The notes under the pieces: generated by a model
The model's input: only the letters and a program-made list of their open reading frames with translations
The model's database searches: none
Told to the model about the DNA's origin: nothing
Assembly (NCBI GenBank): GCA_965206025.1
Contig: CBDBIU010000003.1
Location: 242,982-306,981 of the forward strand
DNA from: Bryobacterales bacterium
GTDB taxonomy: Bacteria > Acidobacteriota > Terriglobia > Bryobacterales > UBA6623
Direction of reading: 5' to 3'
DNA length: 64,000 nt
Shown here: positions 19,549 through 29,736 of the stretch, piece after piece
Numbering within the stretch: the stretch's first letter is position 1
Layout: every line of letters begins with the position of its first letter
Program-made: the position numbers and the translations under genes

Positions 19549-19961
19549 CAGTACGCCACGATCGCAGGGGCGCCACAGTCTTCGGCCAGTGCGCGCTCTC
19601 GCATCGGGCAGCCTCGCGGTACGGCTCCTCGTTAATCGAGAATGGCCTTCAGGGAAGATGCCCCAGAGCAGGCCCGAAGGAACCGCTGCGGAAGGAGCTT
19701 ATGTCTTGAGATCGGGGAGTGGGGCCGGGACGAGAGCATGGGCTGAACCCCGTGGCTGCGACGGTTCGGGCCACTTCGTGGGCCCTCACCGTCTTGCCAC
19801 GGTGGCGCGCCGTGTGATTCTCGGGATCGCCACCCGCTGGGGGGATGAGGGCGTGGGGTGGGGTTATCCCCTAAACCTAAACCCGACCGCCAATCTCTCT
19901 AAGTTAAAAAGTGAGAGGTTTCCTACTAGAGGATAACCCCAACCCAACCCCCCCCCCCATT

Positions 19962-21488
19962 TCAAGGCCGCTTGACCTCAAGGAGTTGCCAGAGCCGCGT
20001 GTTGTGTCTCTGCCCTGCGACGACGAGCCGGACACTCACTTGGCCGGTGGCGGTGGCGATTTCGAAATGGCGATCCCGGTTCGCGGCAAGCTTCTTGCCC
20101 AGGACGACCTTGCGGCTCTGTGCGTCCCCCGGCCCTAAGTCAAGCGGCTCCTCGAGGGCGCTCACCAGGGGGAGGAGGTCGGCGACTCCGACTTTTCGCT
20201 CGGCGTGCCCGTCCCACCACGCTGCCAAAAAGGCGAGCCACTCCGCTTGAGACTGCTCGTGAAGGCGCCCCTGGTTTTCCAAAAAGCCGTCGATGCCGGC
20301 GTTCCCAAGGACGCCCCCCATTGCCTCTGAGTAGCGCTCAAAGCCGCCCAAGGTCTTTCGGCCCCGGGGCCGATCGGCTGCGAGCCAAGCCCTAATCAGC
20401 ACAAGCGCTGCCCAAACTAGTCCAGCCCAGTTCTCGGCCACAAAGCCGGGCAGGTCGGGGTGCCGAAAACCGCTCCGGCGCCATGGTTGAGGACACCGCG
20501 CGTCAAGCCGTATTGGAATCGTCCTTCGGGCGATCTCGTCGGACAGCGCTGGATTGTTTCCCGTCGCTATCCAAATGCAGCGAACCGGGATCCGCGCCAT
20601 CGTAGAGCTGCCCAAGATTCGATCCTCCCAGTACGGGCTGGTGATAGCGGCCGACAGTGCGGGTGAGGCCAGCCGAAGCTGCAGGTTGTCGATCAGGACG
20701 AACACGGGCGCCTCCCTAAGTTTCGAAGTAATCCGACGTCTCCACTCCTCTTCATCGCGACCTTCCGTCATCGTCGGCGTCCAGTCGCCCGTCGCGGGAA
20801 AAGTCAAGACCTGCGCCAAAAGTGATGCGCCCGTTCCAGGCTTGGGCTTCTCTATCAAATGAAGTGGTGTCGCGCCGTCGGCCAGGTCACGCATGAACGG
20901 CAATAGGCAGAGCGCCACGGCGTTCGCCCGGTCCGCTTCGCTGGCGAATGGGAAATCGTGCAAAACGTCCTTCAGGATGAGATTCGCCCTAGCCAAATCA
21001 AATTTGCTCGGCCGCAGAGGGACCGGGCGTAGCTTAAAGCCAGACCTCGGGTAGTAGTATGTCCGCGAGCGTCGGTGGTAACCGCCCCACTCCTGGAGCG
21101 TGCCGTCGGCGGCGAAGACCGGGACCTCGACTAGGCGTTCCAGTGGGGGGAGGGGCGGGTTCGGCGTGGCGAGCAGGTCTCGCGCTAGGTCTTTTGGTGG
21201 CCTAGCCGGCGTTTGTCTCTCCCCCGTTCCCTTGAAGAACCGTGCCTTCCTGGCGACCAGATGCTGCATGCGGGCCTCCTTGACGACCTGAATTACTGGC
21301 CCGCTGTCGTCGCGCTTCACGAGCTGCGAGATGACTCCGCCGTGCAGGTATAGGAATTCGTCGTCCTCGTTTGCGTAGCCGAGGGCCTCCCAGGCCCGGC
21401 TCGTGAGCGTTTCCAGGTCCTGTTGGTTGGCGTTGATCGGGAGGCGAGTAGGGCGGGCGTCGGATGGCGCAAAGCTAACGCGAGGCAT
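19962..21488 (-). CDS. Phage/satellite primase-associated helicase-like protein
   Basis: DFPF...DRANAVA; Walker A-like KPGTGAS; LIDN; DRILG; ATGNN motifs. Confidence 0.75.
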   Translation of the reverse strand: MPRVSFAPSDARPTRLPINANQQDLETLTSRAWEALGYANEDDEFLYLHGGVISQLVKRDDSGPVIQVVKEARMQHLVARKARFFKGTGERQTPARPPKDLARDLLATPNPPLPPLERLVEVPVFAADGTLQEWGGYHRRSRTYYYPRSGFKLRPVPLRPSKFDLARANLILKDVLHDFPFASEADRANAVALCLLPFMRDLADGATPLHLIEKPKPGTGASLLAQVLTFPATGDWTPTMTEGRDEEEWRRRITSKLREAPVFVLIDNLQLRLASPALSAAITSPYWEDRILGSSTMARIPVRCIWIATGNNPALSDEIARRTIPIRLDARCPQPWRRSGFRHPDLPGFVAENWAGLVWAALVLIRAWLAADRPRGRKTLGGFERYSEAMGGVLGNAGIDGFLENQGRLHEQSQAEWLAFLAAWWDGHAERKVGVADLLPLVSALEEPLDLGPGDAQSRKVVLGKKLAANRDRHFEIATATGQVSVRLVVAGQRHNTRLWQLLEVKRP

Positions 21489-21694
21489 CGCGCACCTCCC
21501 CAGTAGCGGCCAGCGAAGTGCCGCTGCCCTGTGAGATGCCTGCGCTCGGGGTCGCCGAGCATCGATCTCTCTCCTCTAACGCCCCCGGGGTGTATTTCGG
21601 ATAAAAAAGGTCGTAAACTACTAATAGATAGTATTGGCATAGAATTTCCTTTCCTTAGAAGCCCGGTGTTCGGGTGCCGGGCTTCTAACTAAAA

Positions 21695-22150
21695 GGCTCT
21701 TCTGGGATTTTAGTGGCTGGCGGCGGTGAGTGACGGATCCCTCGCCACTGTGAGGCCGACCTCCCGGAGCCTGCTTCGGTGCCATTCAAGGGCTTCGTGA
21801 CAACTCTACGGCCCCCAAGGCCGGGCGGCGACTGCGTTGGCCAAAAAGAATTACTGATAAACAAAGGGTTACGAGTAGAGCAAGGCTGCTGGCAGGTAGT
21901 CGTACAGTCTCCCGAAGGCTGTGAAATGCGGATCCACAACTGTCATCCAGTGGCCACACTCAAAGAGATAACTCCCTGTTTATCAGTGTCTTATTCCCTT
22001 TACGAGTTGCCCACGACCGGACTGGCGTGTAGGGTATTTGGGGATTTCTTGGCCGCCTTTTGGGCTCCGATGTGACTGCGGGCGACGTCGGGTCGGCAGG
22101 ATGGAGGAGCCGGCTACCCGTTGGCCACCCACTAAAAACCCGGAAGAGCC
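21695..22150 (+). mobile_element. 456-bp ISL3-type MITE, copy 3
   Basis: Same sequence in opposite orientation; TSD AACTAAAA. Confidence 0.93.
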
Positions 22151-22185
22151 AACTAAAACTCAGTCGAGCCTCTGAAGGCCCCTCC

Positions 22186-22417
22186 CTAGCGCGGGGTACG
22201 CCGGGGCTCACCACCGACAGGCCTGCCGGCTAACCACTGCTCCAGATCCTCGGGCCGGTATCGGACCAGGGCCGACAATTTGACGAAACGTGGCCCGCGG
22301 CCTTCTAGCCGCCATCGCCGAAGACAGGCGACGGAGACGTGAAGTCGGGCAGCGACTTCACGCTCTTTCAACAGCGTCGAGCTGCGCACTGCGGCGTCAC
22401 GGGTTAAAACGGACATG
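22186..22417 (-). CDS. AlpA/excisionase-like HTH DNA-binding protein
   Basis: LLKEREVAARLHVSVACLRRWRLEGRGPRFVKL...VRYRPEDLEQWL; GGAGG before the MSVL start (start coordinate approximate). Confidence 0.85.
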
Positions 22418-22736
22418 TGGCCTCCCCTTTCAGATAGCCAGATGCTGTCTTCCGCCCGGTAGCAGCCGACCCCAGAGGGTCGCATTTCCACGCGCGGAGT
22501 TAGCAAACTAACGCTTTAGAGATTGGTTAGGCAGTGAGGAAGCCGCCCGGCTCCGCACAAACGAAACCAGCAAGCGTCGACTTCCACCGGAAGGCGTTTC
22601 ACTCGACCCGACGATCCCGCCAAGGCAAAGTGTTGGGGTGCGTACTCCCAGAGTTTCAGAGTCTCAGCGTCCCGTCCGGGGAAGCAGCGAAATGAAACTC
22701 GAGGGTAGTGTATCACAAGTCGTAGCGTCTTGTAGT

Positions 22737-24307
22737 AGTCTTGTCTCATGCAAGATGAGTCTGAACGAGGAGTTTGTTTCTCACACAAGATGAGCCTGAA
22801 GGATCGGGGAGTGGGCATGCTGGGAATTGACTATCCAAGTGCAAAACACCAGCAAGCTGAACCTGCAACAGATCCAGCAGTTTCTCCACTCCAGCGAGGA
22901 GATTCGATTCAAAGGCAAAGGGCGGGCCGAGATCTACACGTGGGTGGCGCGCACGCTTCGCCAGCACGGCTACAGCCGCCAAAACCGCGCCGACAAAGGG
23001 CTGCTGCGGCAGTATCTGGTCAAGATGACCGGACTGAGCCGGGCGCAAATCACGCGGCTGATCCAGCAGTACCGGCAGGGCGGAGAACTCCAACCCGCCC
23101 GCTACCGGCGGCATCGCTTTGCCCGCAAGTACACGCCCGCCGACGTCGAACTGCTGGCGGCGGTGGACGAGGCCCACGAAACCCTCAGCGGCCCGGCCAC
23201 GCGCAAGATCCTCGAGCGGGAATACCAGCAGTACCAGCAGCGCGAATACGAGCGGCTGGCGGGGATCTCGGTGGCCCAGATCTATCGCCTGCGGCGGCGC
23301 AGAGCCTACCGCCAGCGGCGGCTGCATTTCACCAAGACCCGGCCCACGGCGGTGTCGATCGGCGAGCGGCGCCGGCCCGACCCGCAAGGCCAACCCGGCT
23401 TTCTGCGAGTGGATACGGTGCATCAAGGGGATCGCGATGGCGTCAAGGGCGTCTACCACATCAATGCCGTGGATGAAGTCACCCAGTGGCAAGTGGTCGG
23501 CGCCACGCCCGCGATCAGTGAAGCCTGGCTGGAGCCGTTGCTGAAAGCCATGATCGAGCAGTTTCCCTTTCGTATCCGCGGCTTCCATTCCGACAACGGC
23601 AGCGAGTTCCTCAATCGCACGGTGGAGAAGCTATTGAACAAGCTGCTGATCGAACAGACCAAGTCGCGTCCGCGGCACTCCAACGACAACGGCTTGGTGG
23701 AATCGAAAAACGGCGCGGTGATCCGCAAACACATGGGATATACGTACATCGCGGCGCCGCACGCGGGGCGCATCCAGCGCTTCTACCAACAGCACTTCAA
23801 TCCCTATTTGAACTTCCACCGGCCCTGCGGACAGCCCGAGATCAAGACCGACGCCAAAGGCAAGCAGAAGCGGGTGTACCGCCACTACCAGACGCCTTGG
23901 GAATCTTTCGAGAAGTTGCCCGAGGCCGCCAGCTATCTCAAGCCAGGGCAGAGGCTGGAGGCTCTGGGCCGCATTGCCCAGGCCGAAAGCGACACGGCGG
24001 CGGCCCGCCGGATGCAGCGAGCCAAGCAGAAGCTGTTTGCCAGTTTCCGTTCCGCGAACACGCCGTGCTGAACAGCAGGAAGAGGGCTGTGGAAATGACG
24101 GGCGATGGAAAACGAGGAAAACCAAAACCAGGTTTCCCTTCGTTTCCCACCGCCCTTGGAAATCGCTCCGCGATTCCCACAATCCCACAACCCCGACGAC
24201 GATTCTCCCCTTCCCAAAACTCAAAATCAAAAAGCCCGAAAGGAGCCCCAGCGACTCAAAAAGCCCCAACCCCCGTCTTCAGGCTCATCCTTCGATGAGA
24301 AAATGCT
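22737..24307 (+). mobile_element. ISNCY/IS481-like element with rve integrase core, complete
   Basis: IRs AGTCTTGTCTCATGCAAGATGAGTCTGAA / TTCAGGCTCATCCTTCGATGAGAAAATGCT; tandem CAAGATGAG-Y-CTGAA at the left end. Confidence 0.85.
22827..24071 (+). CDS. Integrase-core (DDE) transposase
   Basis: RVDTVH, HSDNGSEF and NDNGLVESKN motifs. Confidence 0.9.
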   Translation: MTIQVQNTSKLNLQQIQQFLHSSEEIRFKGKGRAEIYTWVARTLRQHGYSRQNRADKGLLRQYLVKMTGLSRAQITRLIQQYRQGGELQPARYRRHRFARKYTPADVELLAAVDEAHETLSGPATRKILEREYQQYQQREYERLAGISVAQIYRLRRRRAYRQRRLHFTKTRPTAVSIGERRRPDPQGQPGFLRVDTVHQGDRDGVKGVYHINAVDEVTQWQVVGATPAISEAWLEPLLKAMIEQFPFRIRGFHSDNGSEFLNRTVEKLLNKLLIEQTKSRPRHSNDNGLVESKNGAVIRKHMGYTYIAAPHAGRIQRFYQQHFNPYLNFHRPCGQPEIKTDAKGKQKRVYRHYQTPWESFEKLPEAASYLKPGQRLEALGRIAQAESDTAAARRMQRAKQKLFASFRSANTPC

Positions 24308-24763
24308 TGAATCGCGCCCCTACACCCCTGACGGCGGGCATTTTCTTCCACTACGACCGGCCGCTGGTGAGAAATGCGGGTTAAGGACGCGGTCCGTTTT
24401 CTACTTTATGGATTCACGGGAAACTGGCCGCCTTACCCAAACAGTAGTTGTCGATCGAGGTAGGCGCGCAAAGGGGTGCGAAGTCCCGTAGCGCAGGGCT
24501 CGGCGCCGTTTCCGAGACCTGCGGCCGTTTAGCCTTTGGGGACAACCCATCCCCTATTACGCGGTTCGCTGAAAACGGACGGAGCAACGTTGCCGCCCAA
24601 TCCTGCCGCAAGCCGCTTGCGAGCATCGTGTCGGATAACCGCCCCAAGAAAGCCGCGGGTCTGGGCAAAAACGACCGCCCCGCCCCGCGCTACGGGGCTA
24701 ACGAAGATAGCGCAAGAAAGGCCGATGCCGGCAGCGCGCGCCGCGCCCCTGAGGGCTAGGAGT

Positions 24764-26938
24764 TTAAGGCTTGGAGAGCGCCTCTTTCTCGAGCCCGCTG
24801 TTGTAGGCGGCCTCGCTCAATGTCAGTTCGGCGAAATCCTTCCCGTTTTGGAGGATCTTGGTCTTGAAGGGAACGCGGATGCCGTCGACCTCGCGATAGT
24901 CGGAGAAGATTTCCTCCACTTCGGCGGGCGCACCGGTCATAGCCGCACCTTGATAGGCCAATTTCAGCACGTCACCGGAGCCGGCGTCGACCCACAATCG
25001 GACCGATGGCCCGTCTCGGGCGGAAATTTCGATGACCTCAGCGGCCTTGCCGTCCACCTCGCCGCATTCAACGAAATTGACTTTGCGCTCGGGATCACGG
25101 TCACTCAAAAGTAGCGACTCCCGCGCGCGGAAGAGCGCTTCCTGAGCTTGTTTCAAGGGTGGACCGGCCAACGGCGCCTGGCCCTGTGGCCTCTTCATCC
25201 AGCCACTATCGCCCGCCGCAAAGATCACCATGGCGCCGAAGGGCAGTTGCATCTCCTGTCGCAAGACGTCGGGGAGAATGATGCGCGTCGTTTGCTCCGC
25301 CGTCATCATCCCTCCCATTGCTACCAGCTCCCCTTTTCTTGTCAAGTCTTTCACGGCGGCCAGTTTCTCCGCCCCGCCGGCGGCTTCTTGAGCTTTGAGC
25401 AGTATCTTGACTCCCTTGGCCAGCGTGGCGTCGTCCGCCTGCGCTACTTCTTGCTCGGGCTGCGGAATCGTCAAGTCAATCTTGTGGACTTGTTCGCCCA
25501 GGTCTTCGAGGGGCCGATCGAAATCCGACGGCTTGCCGACCACGACCAGCTTCATGGACTTGGGGTGCAAGTATTCTTTGGCTACTCGTTGAACGTCCTC
25601 CTTGGTGACTGCGGCCAGCTTGTCCCTGTATTGGAAAATAAAGTCCTTGGGGTAACCCCAGTAGACGTAGCGCATCAAGCGGCCCAGCGTCTTGCCTTTC
25701 GTGTCGAAGTTGAAGACAAAACTGTTCAGCACGGAGTCTTTGGCGGTCCGCAGCTCGGCGTCGGTGACCGGCTCGTTACGGATGCGCTCGATTTCCCCCA
25801 TCACCTCTTCGATGGCCTGCACGGTGGACTGCGACTTGGTGGCCATGCCGACTTGGAAGATTCCGGGGTGATTGTAGTTCGCGCCCCATGACGCTCGGAC
25901 GGAATAGACCAAGCCCAGGTCGCTGCGGATGCGCTTGAACAAACGGCTCTTAAAGCCGCCGCCCAGGATGGCGGCCATCACCCTCAACGCCGGGTAGTCT
26001 TCGTCCTTGCGCAGGCCGCCCAGGTGTCCGATCCGAATGCTGCTTTGATTTACATCCTGTTTCTCGGCCAAGTAGAGGCCGCCCTCGTCCTTTTGCTCGA
26101 CCTCGGGGAACTGCGGAACGCTCGGCTGCTCGACCGTCCAGTCCGCGAACGCCTTTTCGACCTTGGCCTTCATTTCATCACTCGAGAAATCACCGTAGAG
26201 GGCAAGTTTGATGTTGGCCGGGAAAAAGTAGCGCTTGTAAAAACCCTCTAGGTCGGCTTTCTCGATACGATCGACGTGTTCGTATTCGAGCTGCCATCCG
26301 TAAGGGGTCTGCCGGCCGTAGATTAGGTTCGTGAATTCACGCGCCGCGACGCCCCCGGCATCGTCATTGCGCCGTGCGATGCCGCTGCGCACCTGGTGTT
26401 TAACCAGGTCAATCTTGTCCTGGCGGAAGGCGGGGTTCATCAACACATCCGCGTAGATCACGAGTACGCGATCGATGTTTTCCTTCAGCGTCCAAAAGTT
26501 GGCGCTCCCGCTGGTCTCTCCGATGCTGGTTTCGACCGAGGCGGCCATGCTTTCCAGTTCCTGGTCAATCTCGGGACCCGTCCGCGAAACGGTGCCGCCC
26601 AGACGAAGAGCCTCCCCGGTGATACCCGCCAGGGCGATCTTTTCCGCCGGATCAAACAGATTTCCGGTTCGCACCGAGGCGAAGCCGTTGATCGTCGGCA
26701 GGTCGTGGTCCTCCAAAAGATATAGCTCCATCCCATTGGAGAGAGTGTGTGAGACTACCTCCGGGATATCGATTTCCCTCATTGGCGGGAAACGCTTCAT
26801 GACTTCGGTGGGCGAGGACGCCGTCTTGATATTCTTCTTGCGGCGCCGCTTCGCCTCAAGGCCGCTTGGAGAGGCGACTGTCCAGCACAACACGATCACA
26901 AACAGCCAATGGGCGGTTCGCCTGGAGTCTCTTCTCAT
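24764..26938 (-). CDS. M16B peptidase, non-catalytic subunit with C-terminal extension
   Basis: HTLSNGM, YFFPANIKL and ILGGGFKSRL motifs; no HxxEH; signal peptide; start estimated at MRRDSRR. Confidence 0.85.
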   Translation of the reverse strand: MRRDSRRTAHWLFVIVLCWTVASPSGLEAKRRRKKNIKTASSPTEVMKRFPPMREIDIPEVVSHTLSNGMELYLLEDHDLPTINGFASVRTGNLFDPAEKIALAGITGEALRLGGTVSRTGPEIDQELESMAASVETSIGETSGSANFWTLKENIDRVLVIYADVLMNPAFRQDKIDLVKHQVRSGIARRNDDAGGVAAREFTNLIYGRQTPYGWQLEYEHVDRIEKADLEGFYKRYFFPANIKLALYGDFSSDEMKAKVEKAFADWTVEQPSVPQFPEVEQKDEGGLYLAEKQDVNQSSIRIGHLGGLRKDEDYPALRVMAAILGGGFKSRLFKRIRSDLGLVYSVRASWGANYNHPGIFQVGMATKSQSTVQAIEEVMGEIERIRNEPVTDAELRTAKDSVLNSFVFNFDTKGKTLGRLMRYVYWGYPKDFIFQYRDKLAAVTKEDVQRVAKEYLHPKSMKLVVVGKPSDFDRPLEDLGEQVHKIDLTIPQPEQEVAQADDATLAKGVKILLKAQEAAGGAEKLAAVKDLTRKGELVAMGGMMTAEQTTRIILPDVLRQEMQLPFGAMVIFAAGDSGWMKRPQGQAPLAGPPLKQAQEALFRARESLLLSDRDPERKVNFVECGEVDGKAAEVIEISARDGPSVRLWVDAGSGDVLKLAYQGAAMTGAPAEVEEIFSDYREVDGIRVPFKTKILQNGKDFAELTLSEAAYNSGLEKEALSKP

Positions 26939-26939
26939 T

Positions 26940-28469
26940 TCACTCTTCACCGCTCGACTCCTCATCCGTTGATGGTTTGACCGAATAGGCCACGGTGCGG
27001 TGGTCGCGGCGGAAGTATTCTTTCGCCACCCGCTGGACATCGTCGGCCGTCACGCTATTGATTTCGTCGAGCCACCGAAACATCTGCCGCCAATCCCCGT
27101 AGGCGAGGTGATTCTCCGCCAGAGCGCCCGCTAGTCCGGCATTGTTGTTGATCCCTCTGATTAACGACGCCCGCGCTTTCGTCTTCACCATTTGCAGCGT
27201 GTCGGCGTCGACTTTTTCGTTGCGCATCCTTTCGATGACCTCATACATCGCCTGTTCGTTCTCTTCGACCGTATGGCCGGCGGCCGGCATGGCGAAAAAC
27301 ACGAACAAGGAAGCGTACTTGTCGCCGGGGAAGTTCGGGAACCCTCCGGCCACGATGGCAACTTGCTTGTCGCGAACCAGATCTTTGTAGAGCCAGCTTG
27401 TCCGCCCACCACTAAGAACGCTCGAGATGACCTCGAAGACGGCGCGATCGGGATGTTGCCGCGAAGGCTTTCCATAACCGATCACAATGGTGGGCTGGGC
27501 CTCGGATACGACTTCGATGCGTCGCTCGCCCTGTTGCGGCGGCTCGAGGGTTCGGACCGATGGGGCGGCTGGTCTCCGCGGCAAGCGGCCAAAGTAGGCT
27601 TCGGCCAGTCGCCGCACCTCGTTAGGATCGACATCGCCGGCAATCGCGATGGTAAGGTTGCTCGGCGCGTAGTAGCTGTGAAAGAATCGGCGTGCTTCCG
27701 AGACGCTCAGGCTTTCAATGTCGCTTGCCCACCCCACTCCGGGCCGCCCGTAGGGGTGTGCCTGATAAGCGGTAGCTAGAAACGCTTCGATTAACTTGCC
27801 GACAGGGTTCGATTCGGTGCGCAGCCGTCGCTCTTCGCGCACGACATCCCGCTCCTTGTAGAAGTCGCGGAAAACGGGGTTCAAAAAGCGTTCCGACTCC
27901 AGATAGAACCACAGTTCCGCGCGGTTCGAAGGCAAGCTGTAAACGTAGAGCGTGTAATCCAAAGCGGTGCCGGCGTTGAGACCCGCTCCGCCATTCTCCT
28001 CGATCAAGCGCGTGTATTCGTCGCTGTTCGCCAGCTCGGCGGCTTCGTCGATCTTCTGTTGAAATTCCTTCCGCAGTTGTGCGAGGCGGTCCTTGTCCGC
28101 GCGCGGACCCTTTCCCTTCTCTGCCTGTAGCTGCTGATAAGTTCGCTCCAGCGCGGCGAGCGCCTGGCGTTCCTGCTTGTAGTTTTTCGTCCCGATCGTC
28201 GGCGTCCCTTTGAACGCCATGTGCTCAAACATGTGCGCCATCCCCGTTTGCCCCGCCGGGTCGTCGACGCTGCCGACATCGGCCAGGGTGCGAAAGGAAA
28301 TAACAGGAGCTTCGCGCCGCTCGAGCACGATGAAGTGCAAGCCGTTCTCCAAATCGAATTCGGTGACAGTTTTCTCGAACGCCTCGAGATCTTGCGCTGG
28401 TGCGGGCGGCGGCGAAAACAGCCGACACGCGAAGAGAATCAGAATCCCCTGAACTGCAAAGCGCCTCAT
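26940..28469 (-). CDS. M16B (pitrilysin family) zinc peptidase, catalytic subunit
   Basis: AHMFEHMAFKG (HxxEH); NAGT; ERDVVREERR; signal peptide. Confidence 0.92.
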   Translation of the reverse strand: MRRFAVQGILILFACRLFSPPPAPAQDLEAFEKTVTEFDLENGLHFIVLERREAPVISFRTLADVGSVDDPAGQTGMAHMFEHMAFKGTPTIGTKNYKQERQALAALERTYQQLQAEKGKGPRADKDRLAQLRKEFQQKIDEAAELANSDEYTRLIEENGGAGLNAGTALDYTLYVYSLPSNRAELWFYLESERFLNPVFRDFYKERDVVREERRLRTESNPVGKLIEAFLATAYQAHPYGRPGVGWASDIESLSVSEARRFFHSYYAPSNLTIAIAGDVDPNEVRRLAEAYFGRLPRRPAAPSVRTLEPPQQGERRIEVVSEAQPTIVIGYGKPSRQHPDRAVFEVISSVLSGGRTSWLYKDLVRDKQVAIVAGGFPNFPGDKYASLFVFFAMPAAGHTVEENEQAMYEVIERMRNEKVDADTLQMVKTKARASLIRGINNNAGLAGALAENHLAYGDWRQMFRWLDEINSVTADDVQRVAKEYFRRDHRTVAYSVKPSTDEESSGEE

Positions 28470-29008
28470 ACTGACGAAGGTAGCGCAGATGAGCCAATTC
28501 GCGCAAAGGCTCGACGTACGCTCGACGGGTCGACGTTAGGATTCATACTCTACCCCCGGTTTGATCGCGGCGGCCAAGGACGCAACGGACACGCGGATCT
28601 GATCGGCATCCCTACGGCTACAGAGCTTCGCAACCTTGGCCGATTAATCCCCTACAGTCGATGGCGAACGCGGAACAGCGACTGTCCCATCGTTCGCTCG
28701 TGCGCTTCAGTATGGCTTTGACGATCGATCTTCGACGACACAATCGTGTTGCGCGGCGAGATTCCTCGTTCGCACAACACGCACTCGCGTTTCGTCTTCG
28801 TGCGTTTCGCAAGCCGAATCGTGCACCGTACGCGCTTGACGACGAAAAAAAGTTTTCTCGCTAACGTACTCGTACACGAAGCGTACGGGAACGGTGAGAG
28901 TGCACGGAAGGCTCTTCTGATAGGGGTTTCACGCAACTTCGTCTTTTCGTCTCTCGCATCAGCGCGTTTGTGGTCGGTGAGAAGTCCAAACAAAATGAAA
29001 AAAGTGTT

Positions 29009-29036
29009 TTGACTTTTGCGTCAGACATGTTAAAAG
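29009..29036 (+). promoter_or_regulatory. Candidate sigma70 promoter for the histone-like gene
   Basis: TTGACT-16 nt-TAAAAG with TG extension and A-rich upstream tract. Confidence 0.4.
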
Positions 29037-29150
29037 ATTTATGATGATCAATGTAGTAGGCAAGCGGGAGAACACGGCTGTTGATTGTCAACTCATCTGG
29101 CAGTTTCCCGAGCCCGCGACGTTGAATCCTAATCAATGAGGTGAATCGCT

Positions 29151-29336
29151 ATGGCGAAGAAGAAAGCCAAGAAAGCTACGAAGAAGGTAGTCAAGAAGGC
29201 CGCGAAGAAGACCGCGAAGAAGACCGCCAAGAAGGCCGCGAAGAAGACCGTCAAGAAGGCTGCGAAGAAAAAGGCTACGAAGAAAGCTACAAAGAAAAAG
29301 GCAGCCAAGAAAAAAGGTGGCCGCAAGAAAAAATAG
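29151..29336 (+). CDS. Histone H1-like Lys/Ala-rich DNA-binding protein
   Basis: 61 aa of KKxAKK repeats; GAGGTG RBS; strong terminator downstream. Confidence 0.8.
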   Translation: MAKKKAKKATKKVVKKAAKKTAKKTAKKAAKKTVKKAAKKKATKKATKKKAAKKKGGRKKK

Positions 29337-29450
29337 TAGCTAAGCAAGGGCGGCTGAGCCGGGCAATCTTATGGGATGCCGGCAAGGCCGCTTAGCTCTC
29401 CGCGCCGACGTCGACTCGTGGAATGCCGGCGCTTGAGTTCGGTTAGAAGG

Positions 29451-29483
29451 AAAAATGGCAGCCCGAAAGGGCTGCCATTTTTT
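29451..29483. terminator. Rho-independent terminator, bidirectional form
   Basis: AAAAATGGCAGCCC-GAAA-GGGCTGCCATTTTTT. Confidence 0.9.
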
Positions 29484-29736
29484 ATCCCTCGCCCACGGTC
29501 GGCAGGCGGTTTGGAAGTGAGGGGCCGCTCCAGTATCCTATAAGGGAAAGCTAAAGTCGGGCGGCCGGCAGCCGTGCCGAGAGTCCTCCGCTTCCGGAAA
29601 TGGTCGCAGTCGATTCCCGTCGACAACTTTCGTCTCCCCTGTGTGGGGAACAAGGCTGTTGCGGAAGCCACGACGGAATGACAGTCCTGATTTTTCGCCA
29701 AACTTGGCTTCTACTGCGCCCGGCGAGCTCGCGTCG

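Noticed and set aside
29151..29336. Periodic AAGAAG repeats resembling a CRISPR or tandem array
   Set aside because: Explained by Lys/Ala codons; no unique spacers and no cas genes
29484..29736. Possible SAM riboswitch upstream of metX
   Set aside because: No SAM-I core (ATC..AGAG, GGCAACC, GGTGC) or other recognisable motif found
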